29,570 bases of DNA. It comes from a virus. Taxonomy: Duplodnaviria; Heunggongvirae; Uroviricota; Caudoviricetes. This document shows, piece after piece, positions 20,804-29,570 of this stretch. Location: IMG/VR virus record IMGVR_UViG_2778261297_000001; one strand, 5' to 3'. Position 1 is the first letter of the stretch, and the number at the start of each line of letters is the position of its first letter. Position numbers and translations under genes: made by a program. Under the pieces are notes generated by a model, which was given only the letters and a program-made list of their open reading frames with translations, had not been told where the DNA came from and did no database searches.

Positions 20804-20991
20804 ATTCAGCATTTGTGCTTGTTCTGACAGTTTTTCTTGTTTCCGGAGAGCCAGTTGATATTGCAGTCAGTGTGCACAGGACAATGCAGGAGTGTATGAC
20901 TGCAGCAACCGAACAGAAAATTCCCGGTAACTGTTACCCGGTCGATAAAGTTATTCACCAGGATAATATCGAAATCCCGGCAGGTCTTTAA
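20800..20991 (+). CDS. ydfD: YdfD small membrane lysis protein (63 aa)
   Basis: MNSAFVLVLTVFLVSGEPVDIAVSVHRTMQECMTAATEQK..; start overlaps dicB stop (ATGA), N-terminal TM helix. Confidence 0.7.
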   Translation: MNSAFVLVLTVFLVSGEPVDIAVSVHRTMQECMTAATEQKIPGNCYPVDKVIHQDNIEIPAGL

Positions 20992-21084
20992 AACAGTTCC
21001 GTAATAAATATCCGGTTTCATTCTTATATGCCAGCAATGGCAGGGATTTGTTCATCCTTAAATCTGTCATGAGGTTAAAACAAA

Positions 21085-23556
21085 ATGAGTAAAGTCTTTA
21101 TTTGCGCCGCTATTCCTGACGAACTGGCAACAAGGGAAGAAGGCGCTGTGGCTGTAGCCACAGCCATTGAAGCTGGCGACGAACGCCGTGCTCGAGCAAA
21201 ATTTCACTGGCAGTTCCTGGAACATTATCCGGCTGCTCAGGACTGCGCTTATAAATTTATTGTCTGCGAGGATAAACCTGGCATACCCCGCCCTGCCCTC
21301 GATTCATGGGATGCTGAATATATGCAGGAAAACCGCTGGGATGAGGAGTCTGCTTCTTTTGTCCCGGTTGAGACTGAATCCGATCCGATGAACGTCACTT
21401 TTGACAAGCTGGCCCCTGAAGTACAGAACGCTGTCATGGTTAAGTTCGACACATGTGAAAACATCACCGTTGATATGGTTATTAGCGCACAGGAATTGTT
21501 GCAGGAAGACATGGCAACATTCGACGGACATATCGTTGAAGCGTTGATGAAAATGCCAGAAGTTAACGCCATGTATCCGGAGCTTAAGTTGCACGCCATT
21601 GGGTGGGTTAAGCATAAATGTATTCCTGGTGCTAAATGGCCCGAAATTCAGGCAGAGATGCGCATCTGGAAAAAACGTCGCGAAGGTGAACGCAAGGAAA
21701 CCGGAAAATACACGTCTGTTGTTGATCTCGCCCGCGCCAGAACCAATCAACAGTACACTGAAAATTCAACAGGAAAAATCAGCCCGGTCATTGCTGCCAT
21801 TCATCGCGAATACAAGCAGACATGGAAAACACTGGATGACGAACTGGCCTACGCTCTCTGGCCTGGTGATGTGGATGCCGGAAACATTGACGGCAGCATC
21901 CATCGCTGGGCAAAAAAAGAAGTTATCGACAACGACCGCGAAGACTGGAAGCGTATCTCGGCATCAATGCGCAAACAGCCTGATGCCCTTCGCTACGACC
22001 GCCAGACTATTTTTGGCCTTGTCCGTGAGCGTCCGATCGACATTCACAAAGATCCCATAGCACTGAACAAATATATCTGCGAATACCTGACGACAAAGGG
22101 CGTGTTTGAGAATGAAGAAACAGACCTGGGCACTGTTGATGTTCTCCAGTCATCAGAAACACAAACTGATGCAGTGGAAACTGAGGTATCTGATATCCCA
22201 AAAAATGAAACCGCGCCGGAAGCTGAACCATCTGTAGAGCGTGAGGGGCCGTTCTATTTCCTCTTCGCAGATAAGGACGGAGAAAAATACGGTCGCGCAA
22301 ACAAACTTTCTGGTCTGGATAAGGCACTGGCTGCTGGCGCCACTGAAATCACAAAAGAAGAATATTTTGCCCGAAAAAATGGCACATACACGGGCTTACC
22401 GCAAAATGTAGATACCGCTGAAGATTCAGAACAACCAGAGCCGATAAAAGTTACCGCTGACGAAGTAAACAAAATTATGCAGGCAGCCAATATCAGCCAG
22501 CCTGACGCCGATAAGTTGCTTGCTGCATCACGTGGTGAATTTGTTGAAGGGATTAGTGACCCGAATGATCCGAAATGGGTTAAGGGGATCCAGACCCGCG
22601 ATTCTGTGAACCAGAACCAGCATGAATCGGAACGGAACTACCAAAAAGCGGAACAAAACAGCACAAATGCGTTACAAAACGAGCCAGAAACGAAACAGCC
22701 TGAACCAGTGGCGCAACTGGAAGTGGAAAAAGTCTGCACCGCCTGCGGTCAGACCGGCGGCGGCAACTGCCCTGATTGTGGCGCGGTGATGGGCGACGCA
22801 ACATACCAGGAAACATTCGATGAAGAGTATCAGGTTGAAGTTCAGGAAGATGATCTGGAGGAAATGGAAGGCGCTGAACATCCACACAAGGAGAACACTG
22901 GCGGCAATCAGCATCACAATAGCGATAATGAAACTGGCGAGACGGCAGATCACTCAATTAAGGTGAACGGTCATCACGAAATCACATCCACCAGCAGGAC
23001 GTGTGACCATCTAATGATCGACCTTGAAACCATGGGAAAAAATCCTGATGCCCCGATCATCTCAATAGGTGCAATATTTTTCGATCCGCAAACCGGAGAT
23101 ATGGGACCGGAATTTAGTAAGACTATCGATCTGGAAACTGCTGGCGGAGTCATTGATCGGGACACCATTAAATGGTGGCTTAAGCAATCACGCGAAGCGC
23201 AATCTGCCATTATGACCGATGAAATCCCGTTAGATGATGCACTGTTACAATTGCGGGAATTTATCGACGAAAACTCCGGTGAATTTTTTGTTCAGGTTTG
23301 GGGAAATGGAGCCAACTTCGACAACACGATTTTGCGCCGTTCATACGAACGGCAGGGGATCCCCTGCCCGTGGCGTTACTACAACGATCGCGATGTACGC
23401 ACAATCGTTGAGCTGGGGAAAGCCATAGACTTCGATGCCAGAACGGCTATTCCATTCGAAGGTGAGCGCCATAATGCACTTGATGACGCCCGTTACCAGG
23501 CAAAATACGTTTCAGTTATCTGGCAAAAACTGATCCCGAGTCAGGCTGATTCTTAA
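21085..23556 (+). CDS. RecE-like (exodeoxyribonuclease VIII-like N-terminal/middle region) protein with Zn ribbon and C-terminal DEDDh 3'-5' exonuclease domain, 823 aa
   Basis: Middle segment DADKLLAASRGEFVEGISDPNDPKWVKGIQTRD recalled from Rac RecE; CTACGQTGGGNCPDCG zinc ribbon; C-terminal motifs IDLETMG (Exo I), WGNGANFDNTIL (Exo II), HNALDDARYQ (Exo III). Confidence 0.8.
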   Translation: MSKVFICAAIPDELATREEGAVAVATAIEAGDERRARAKFHWQFLEHYPAAQDCAYKFIVCEDKPGIPRPALDSWDAEYMQENRWDEESASFVPVETESDPMNVTFDKLAPEVQNAVMVKFDTCENITVDMVISAQELLQEDMATFDGHIVEALMKMPEVNAMYPELKLHAIGWVKHKCIPGAKWPEIQAEMRIWKKRREGERKETGKYTSVVDLARARTNQQYTENSTGKISPVIAAIHREYKQTWKTLDDELAYALWPGDVDAGNIDGSIHRWAKKEVIDNDREDWKRISASMRKQPDALRYDRQTIFGLVRERPIDIHKDPIALNKYICEYLTTKGVFENEETDLGTVDVLQSSETQTDAVETEVSDIPKNETAPEAEPSVEREGPFYFLFADKDGEKYGRANKLSGLDKALAAGATEITKEEYFARKNGTYTGLPQNVDTAEDSEQPEPIKVTADEVNKIMQAANISQPDADKLLAASRGEFVEGISDPNDPKWVKGIQTRDSVNQNQHESERNYQKAEQNSTNALQNEPETKQPEPVAQLEVEKVCTACGQTGGGNCPDCGAVMGDATYQETFDEEYQVEVQEDDLEEMEGAEHPHKENTGGNQHHNSDNETGETADHSIKVNGHHEITSTSRTCDHLMIDLETMGKNPDAPIISIGAIFFDPQTGDMGPEFSKTIDLETAGGVIDRDTIKWWLKQSREAQSAIMTDEIPLDDALLQLREFIDENSGEFFVQVWGNGANFDNTILRRSYERQGIPCPWRYYNDRDVRTIVELGKAIDFDARTAIPFEGERHNALDDARYQAKYVSVIWQKLIPSQADS

Positions 23557-23628
23557 TGTTCAACTGTCGCCGGTTGTGACTGGTATTCTGCAACCGGCGC
23601 TCGTCTAATGTAAGAGATAAAGAAATCG

Positions 23629-23880
23629 ATGAGCGAAGTAATCATGATTGTCTCTCCCGGCAAATGGGTATCCGAAGAGCAGTTAATTGCGCTGAAAGGA
23701 ATAAAAAAAGGTACGTTAAAAAAGGCCCGGGAAAAATCGTTTATGGAAGGAAGGGAATATAAGCATGTCGCTCATGACGGTATGCCATGGGATAACAGCC
23801 CATGCTTTTACAACCTGGAAGAAATTGATCGCTGGATTGAGCGCCAGGCATCAGCGAGACCAAGACGTCATCTTACTTGA
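23629..23880 (+). CDS. Putative excisionase / Xis-like DNA-binding protein (83 aa)
   Basis: Small basic protein immediately upstream of integrase; contains GREY motif as in lambda Xis family; exact start uncertain. Confidence 0.55.
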   Translation: MSEVIMIVSPGKWVSEEQLIALKGIKKGTLKKAREKSFMEGREYKHVAHDGMPWDNSPCFYNLEEIDRWIERQASARPRRHLT

Positions 23881-23899
23881 CTAAAAGCCACACTAACTA

Positions 23900-25195
23900 A
23901 TGAGAGAAGTTGAAATGAAATATCCGACAGGCGTGGAAAACCATGGAGGGAAATTACGTATCTGGTTTGTTTATAAAGGCGTAAGAGTCAGGGAAAATCT
24001 GGGGGTTCCTGACACAGCAAAAAACAGGCGCGTTGCAGGTGAACTACGCGCCTCTGTTTGTTACGCAATAAAAACTGGTGTTTTCGACTATGCAAAACAG
24101 TTTCCCTCCTCACGCAATCTGGAAAAATTTGGTGAGGCCCGACAAGATTTAACCATAAAAGAACTGGCTGAAAAATTTCTGGCACTGAAAGAAACTGAAG
24201 TCGCAAAAACATCACTCAACACATACCGTGCCGTCATCAAAAATATCCTGAGCATAATCGGTGAAAAAAATCTTGCCTCATCGATTAATAAAGAAAAATT
24301 ACTGGAGGTTCGTAAAGAGCTACTGACTGGATACCAGATCCCCAAAAGTAACTATATTGTTACACAACCAGGGAGATCGGCTGTAACTGTAAATAATTAC
24401 ATGACAAATCTTAACGCCGTGTTCCAGTTTGGTGTTGATAACGGTTACTTGGCAGATAACCCGTTTAAGGGGATCTCGCCATTAAAGGAATCAAGAACCA
24501 TTCCGGATCCTCTTTCGCGGGAGGAATTCATCCGTCTTATCGATGCGTGCAGAAATCAGCAAGCCAAAAATTTATGGTGTGTTTCTGTTTATACTGGCGT
24601 TCGCCCTGGTGAGCTGTGTGCACTTGGATGGGAGGACATAGATCTGAAAAATGGAACAATGATGATCAGGAGAAATTTAGCAAAAGACCGTTTCACGGTA
24701 CCAAAAACACAGGCGGGAACCAATCGGGTCATTCATCTTATTAAGCCAGCAATCGACGCTCTCCGGAGTCAGATGACATTAACGAGACTGAGCAAAGAGC
24801 ATATCATTGATGTTCACCTCAGAGAGTATGGCAGAACAGAAAAACAAAAATGCACCTTTGTTTTTCAACCTGAAGTGTCAGCGAGAGTAAAAAATTATGG
24901 TGACCATTTTACCGTTGACTCAATAAGGCAGATGTGGGACGCAGCGATAAAACGTGCCGGACTCCGCCATCGAAAATCATATCAGTCGAGACATACTTAT
25001 GCCTGCTGGTCGCTGACAGCTGGTGCTAACCCGGCATTTATAGCAAACCAGATGGGCCATGCAGATGCGCAAATGGTATTTCAGGTATACGGAAAATGGA
25101 TGTCTGAAAACAATAATGCACAGGTAGCTTTGTTAAATACACAGTTAAGCGAGTTTGCCCCAACCATGCCCCATAACGAAGCAATGAAAAATTAA
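23900..25195 (+). CDS. intQ: Tyrosine site-specific integrase (lambda Int family), apparently intact, 426-431 aa
   Basis: Phage-integrase C-terminal catalytic region (..VYTGVRPGELCALGWEDIDL.., ..RHTYACWSL.., ..QVYGKWM..); 3' end faces att core at 25233; start may be internal Met at 23915. Confidence 0.9.
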   Translation: MREVEMKYPTGVENHGGKLRIWFVYKGVRVRENLGVPDTAKNRRVAGELRASVCYAIKTGVFDYAKQFPSSRNLEKFGEARQDLTIKELAEKFLALKETEVAKTSLNTYRAVIKNILSIIGEKNLASSINKEKLLEVRKELLTGYQIPKSNYIVTQPGRSAVTVNNYMTNLNAVFQFGVDNGYLADNPFKGISPLKESRTIPDPLSREEFIRLIDACRNQQAKNLWCVSVYTGVRPGELCALGWEDIDLKNGTMMIRRNLAKDRFTVPKTQAGTNRVIHLIKPAIDALRSQMTLTRLSKEHIIDVHLREYGRTEKQKCTFVFQPEVSARVKNYGDHFTVDSIRQMWDAAIKRAGLRHRKSYQSRHTYACWSLTAGANPAFIANQMGHADAQMVFQVYGKWMSENNNAQVALLNTQLSEFAPTMPHNEAMKN

Positions 25196-25214
25196 TTTAA
25201 TATTTATCAAATAG

Positions 25215-25325
25215 TTAACACGTATGGCTCTTGAAATCCATAAATTCAAGCGCAGTGCCCAGCCATCCCGATACTGCTGCTTTCACCAAATCCTTAGTGC
25301 TTCTTTCGTGTTTTTCTATTGTCAT
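25215..25325 (-). pseudogene. ydfJ: ydfJ 5' fragment (first 31 codons) running into prophage sequence
   Basis: Minus-strand translation MTIEKHERSTKDLVKAAVSGWLGTALEFMDF-KSHTC; the EFMDF codons coincide with the att core and continue as MDFQLYS.. at 1784. Confidence 0.6.
25233..25243. repeat. Prophage attachment core (att, integrase end), GAAATCCATAA
   Basis: Identical 11-mer to 1776-1786; 38 nt downstream of integrase stop. Confidence 0.5.
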
Positions 25326-25382
25326 AATGGTTATCTCTAAAAAAGAGGTAAGATGCGTACTACTTACTCGCCGTTATTGGTA

Positions 25383-26402
25383 TTATTCAGAAAAAGTGAG
25401 TAAGACTTTGCAGCAATGTTTTTGATCCTGTTCAAATAAACTAATGGCATCAGCAACATGCTGGAAATCAAACGTATGGGTAATTAATTTTTCTGGTTTA
25501 ATTAACCCTTTACTTAACCAGTCGATAACGATCGGGAATTTATTTGCATTTAAGCGTGAAGAGAAAATAGAGAGTTCTTTTCCGGTAATTCCTTGCTGAA
25601 TCACTTCAGACGGTTCACTGGAGAACCCCATCAATACAATACGTGCCGCTGGAGAAGCCAGCGTTACGGCCTCTTTCAGGATAGAAGGATGACAAGCCGC
25701 ATCGATAATTAATGTCGGCTTGATGCCTTTTTCAGTGAAAATCTCGCCAAGCGGTGTCTGGCTGTTATTAATCGCCCAGTCAGCCCCGCTCTCTTTCGCT
25801 TTTTCCAGTCGTTCATCAATGCGATCGGCAACAATCACATTTTTAACGTTATAGACGCCTTTTAATACCTGAACGATCGTCAGGCCGATTGGACCGGCAC
25901 CATAAACCAGAACGGTATCATTTTCAGTCGGTTGACCATGTCCGGTTACGTTAGCCGCAATGGTAAAAGGTTCGATCATTACCGCATATTGATCGGCCAC
26001 TGCTTCAGGAATTTTCCACGCATTTTTTGCCGGAACCACGGCATATTCACTGAAACCACCGTCAGCGTGCACACCTAATACAGCCAGTGTCGTACAAACG
26101 TTCGGTTTACCTATAGAGCACGGATAGCAATGCCCACAGCTGACCACCGGATCGACAGCAACACGTTCACCGACTCTGGCGCTTTCCACGCCTTCACCCA
26201 CTGCATCAATGACGCCAAAGAATTCATGACCAATGACGCGCGGATATTTCGCAAAAGGATTATGCCCACGATAAATATGGCTATCTGAACCACAAATTCC
26301 GGCAAGTTTCACTTTTACTCGTACTTCACCCGCTGACGGGGTGGGTATTTCACGTTCGACAATCGCCAGTTGATTCGGTTTTTCAATTAATATGCTTTTC
26401 AT
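25383..26402 (-). CDS. rspB: Zn-dependent alcohol/polyol dehydrogenase RspB (339 aa)
   Basis: MDR-family motifs (GHEFFG, GxGxxG NAD-binding); sequence recalled as RspB; start taken at MKSILIEKPN. Confidence 0.9.
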   Translation of the reverse strand: MKSILIEKPNQLAIVEREIPTPSAGEVRVKVKLAGICGSDSHIYRGHNPFAKYPRVIGHEFFGVIDAVGEGVESARVGERVAVDPVVSCGHCYPCSIGKPNVCTTLAVLGVHADGGFSEYAVVPAKNAWKIPEAVADQYAVMIEPFTIAANVTGHGQPTENDTVLVYGAGPIGLTIVQVLKGVYNVKNVIVADRIDERLEKAKESGADWAINNSQTPLGEIFTEKGIKPTLIIDAACHPSILKEAVTLASPAARIVLMGFSSEPSEVIQQGITGKELSIFSSRLNANKFPIVIDWLSKGLIKPEKLITHTFDFQHVADAISLFEQDQKHCCKVLLTFSE

Positions 26403-26413
26403 TATCTTACTCC

Positions 26414-27628
26414 TTACCAGTTCCACAGCGTGCCATCTTCCAGACGTGCGACTGGTAGATAAGCAGGTTCATAGGGATATTTCGCCGCCAGCTTTTCATC
26501 GAATTCGATACCAAGACCCGGTTTGTCTCCCGGATGCATATAGCCGTTATCGAAAGTCCAGTTGTGCGGGAAGACTTCGAGCATTTGTTCGGAATAACCC
26601 ATGTATTCCTGGACACCGAAATTGGGGACCCACAGATCAAAGTGCAGCGCCGCAGCCATGCAGACTGGTGACAAATCGGAAGGACCGTGTGAGCCAGTAC
26701 GTACCTGATACAGCGAAGCAAAATCGGCAATCCGGCGCATACCGGTAATTCCGCCTGCATGGGTCAGCGTGGTGCGGATATAATCGATGAGTTGCTCTTC
26801 AATCAGTTGTTTGCAGTCCCAGATGCTGTTGAAGACTTCACCCACTGCGATGGGTGTGACGGTATGTTGGCGAATGAGACGGAAGCATTCCTGGTTTTCC
26901 GCAGGCGTCGGGTCTTCCATCCAGAACATGCGATAATCTTCAATGCTTTTACCAAAGCGCGCCGCTTCAATAGGCGTTAAGCGATGGTGCATGTCATGCA
27001 GCAAATGTTCATTAAAACCAAACTTGTTACGTACCGCGTCAAACAATTTCGGCATGAAATCGAGGTATTTCTCCGTCGACCACAGCTGCTCTTCCGGCCA
27101 CTGTCCTTTGGTTGCGGGTTCATAAGCCAGACCTTTACCTTTCGACATGCCGTAGGTGGTTTTCATACCAGGGATTCCGCACTGCACGCGGATGGCTTTG
27201 AATCCAAGCTCTTGATGACGGGCATAATCATCCAGAGCTTCATCAATACTGTGACCGGTGGTATGGCAATAAACCATCACCCCTTCACGAGACGCGCCGC
27301 CGAGTAACTGGTAAAGCGGCATGTTGGCAGCTTTGGCTTTAATATCCCACAGCGCCATATCAACCGCTGAAATGGCCGACATCGTAACCGGACCGCGACG
27401 CCAGTAAGCACCTTTATAGAAAAACTGCCAGATATCTTCGATACGGTGCGCATCGCGACCAATAAGCTGCGGACAAAGGTGATCCTGCAAATAAGAGGCC
27501 ACGGAAAGCTCACGTCCATTGAGGGTGGCATCCCCAAGGCCCGTAATACCGTCCTCAGTGGTGATTTTTAATGTGACGAAATTACGCCCCGGACAGGTAA
27601 CAAAAACTTCAGCCTTTACGATCTTCAT
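26414..27628 (-). CDS. rspA: Starvation-sensing protein RspA, enolase-superfamily mannonate/galactonate dehydratase-like (404 aa)
   Basis: Sequence from [38 protein letters not shown].. recalled as RspA. Confidence 0.9.
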
Positions 27629-27833
27629 GTTCGATTCCTTACATCGCTTGTCGTGATGCATGAAATCTACGCAACTGAGCTACTACCATACAAGTATAAA
27701 GATCGAAAAAAGCCGGAGTGATCACAAAAAAAGGCGTATATTTGCGCTGTGAATGGTTGACAAAAGATGAAATAGAATACCTTTTGTCAGCTGACACTTC
27801 CTCTTATCTTATTGATAAAATGGATTTATGTTC

Positions 27834-28160
27834 CTACGTGCGCCCCCAGCCCGCAACAATGATCAACATGCCGCAAAGCGCAATCAACGCACCCGTCCAG
27901 TCATAAAGAGTCAGTTTCACGCCATCCACAACGCGCAGCCACATCAACGCCGTGCAGACATAAACGCCACCATAAGCCGCGTAAACACGCCCACTCGCCG
28001 CTGGATGCAACGTTAACAACCAGACAAACAGCGCCAGTGAAATCCCCGCCGGAAGCAACAGCCAGATACTGGCGTTTCGTTTTAACCACAACCAGGGCAG
28101 AAAGCATCCAATAATTTCACACAGCGCAGTAGCAAAAAATAGTAACGTTGTTTTAATCAT
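27834..28160 (-). CDS. ynfA: UPF0060 inner membrane protein YnfA (108 aa)
   Basis: Four predicted TM helices; sequence recalled as YnfA. Confidence 0.85.
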
Positions 28161-28294
28161 CTTTGTCTCTTATTGACATCATGTATAGTTATAGGGCGAC
28201 ATAATATCATCAATATAAACACCCTCCTGGTACGTTTTGCGTCCGCAGTGGATGGTGTAGAATCACCTTTAATCATTCATACAGGGAATGAATT

Positions 28295-28636
28295 ATGAAA
28301 ATCACTCTCAGCAAACGAATCGGCCTGCTCGCTATTCTGCTGCCTTGCGCACTGGCATTGAGCACAACTGTTCATGCCGAAACTAACAAACTGGTGATTG
28401 AGTCTGGCGACAGTGCACAAAGCCGCCAGCACGCCGCTATGGAAAAAGAGCAATGGAATGACACGCGCAATCTGCGCCAGAAAGTGAATAAACGCACTGA
28501 AAAAGAGTGGGATAAAGCCGACGCCGCTTTTGATAACCGCGATAAATGTGAGCAAAGCGCCAACATCAATGCCTACTGGGAGCCCAATACTTTGCGCTGC
28601 CTGGACCGTCGAACTGGCCGCGTTATTACCCCCTAA
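28295..28636 (+). CDS. ynfB: Secreted UPF0482 protein YnfB (113 aa)
   Basis: N-terminal signal peptide; sequence recalled as YnfB. Confidence 0.85.
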
Positions 28637-28670
28637 CCTGTTATTGATTTAAGGAATGTAAGGACACGTT

Positions 28671-29231
28671 ATGCCAAGCGCCCACAGTGTTAAGCTACGC
28701 CCGCTGGAGCGTGAAGATTTACGCTATGTACATCAACTCGACAATAACGCCAGTGTGATGCGTTACTGGTTTGAGGAACCCTACGAAGCCTTTGTTGAAC
28801 TCTCTGATCTGTATGATAAGCATATTCACGATCAGAGCGAACGGCGCTTTGTGGTGGAATGTGACGGCGAAAAAGCCGGTCTGGTGGAGCTGGTGGAAAT
28901 TAACCATGTTCATCGCCGCGCAGAATTTCAGATAATTATCTCCCCGGAGTATCAGGGGAAAGGTCTGGCAACCCGTGCCGCCAAATTAGCAATGGACTAT
29001 GGCTTTACCGTTCTCAATCTCTATAAGCTGTATCTGATCGTTGATAAAGAGAATGAAAAAGCGATTCACATTTACCGCAAGCTTGGCTTTTCGGTTGAAG
29101 GTGAATTGATGCACGAGTTCTTTATTAATGGTCAATATCGTAATGCCATTCGCATGTGTATATTCCAGCATCAGTATCTGGCAGAGCACAAAACACCGGG
29201 TCAGACTCTCCTGAAGCCGACCGCACAATAG
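28671..29231 (+). CDS. speG: Spermidine N1-acetyltransferase SpeG (186 aa)
   Basis: GNAT acetyltransferase motifs; sequence recalled as SpeG; stop codon TAG directly abuts IS1 terminus. Confidence 0.9.
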   Translation: MPSAHSVKLRPLEREDLRYVHQLDNNASVMRYWFEEPYEAFVELSDLYDKHIHDQSERRFVVECDGEKAGLVELVEINHVHRRAEFQIIISPEYQGKGLATRAAKLAMDYGFTVLNLYKLYLIVDKENEKAIHIYRKLGFSVEGELMHEFFINGQYRNAIRMCIFQHQYLAEHKTPGQTLLKPTAQ

Positions 29232-29570
29232 GGTGATGCTGCCAACTTACTGATTTAGTGTATGATGGTGTTTTTGAGGTGCTCCAGTGGCTTCTGTTTC
29301 TATCAGCTGTCCCTCCTGTTCAGCTACTGACGGGGTGGTGCGTAACGGCAAAAGCACCGCCGGACATCAGCGCTATCTCTGCTCTCACTGCCGTAAAACA
29401 TGGCAACTGCAGTTCACTTACACCGCTTCTCAACCCGGTACGCACCAGAAAATCATTGATATGGCCATGAATGGCGTTGGATGCCGGGCAACAGCCCGCA
29501 TTATGGGCGTTGGCCTCAACACGATTTTACGTCACTTAAAAAACTCAGGCCGCAGTCGGTAACCTCGCGC
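29232..29570 (+). mobile_element. IS1: IS1 insertion sequence, partial (IRL-proximal 339 bp; truncated by window edge)
   Basis: Begins GGTGATGCTGCCAACTTACTGAT; exact reverse complement of 1-339. Confidence 0.95.
29287..29562 (+). CDS. insA: IS1 InsA protein (91 aa)
   Basis: Identical translation to 9-284. Confidence 0.95.

Noticed and set aside
21167-23428. Multiple ORFs inside or antisense to the RecE-like gene
   Set aside because: The 823-aa frame is continuous and carries recognizable motifs; others are shadows

Overview
This window reads as an Escherichia coli-type chromosomal segment bracketed by two partial IS1 copies, containing a roughly 23.5 kb defective lambdoid (Qin-like) prophage inserted into the MFS transporter gene ydfJ. 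All protein identifications are from reading the ORF translations and recalling known families; no database search was run. The IS1 copies (1-339 and 29232-29570) are in inverted orientation and are exact reverse complements of each other. The prophage spans about 1776-25243, bounded by an 11-bp core GAAATCCATAA at both ends. From the integrase end inward it carries: int and xis; an 823-aa RecE-like protein with a C-terminal DEDDh exonuclease domain; ydfD, dicB and the DicF sRNA; an N-terminally truncated rve-family transposase fragment where the immunity region should be; flxA with a sigma-28 promoter; the relB-relE-hokD toxin-antitoxin operon; a small Q-type antiterminator with a candidate tR' terminator; a three-gene accessory island between Q and the holin; a phage-21-like lysis cassette (pinholin, SAR-type endolysin, Rz with embedded Rz1); cold-shock-type morons (cspI, ynfN, gnsB, ydfK) plus ydfO and ynfO; an intact lambda-like cos site with Nu1, A and W; a portal::Tfa chimeric ORF marking deletion of all head and tail genes; and pinQ. 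To the right of the prophage are the host genes rspB, rspA, ynfA, ynfB and speG, with IS1 abutting the speG stop codon. The most interesting candidate for an undescribed system is the accessory island at 11814-14665, which sits where Stx phages carry stx: an AraC-family regulator, a DUF523(TudS-like)-DUF1722 fusion protein and a divergently transcribed Blc-like lipocalin lipoprotein. No CRISPR array, rRNA or convincing tRNA was seen.
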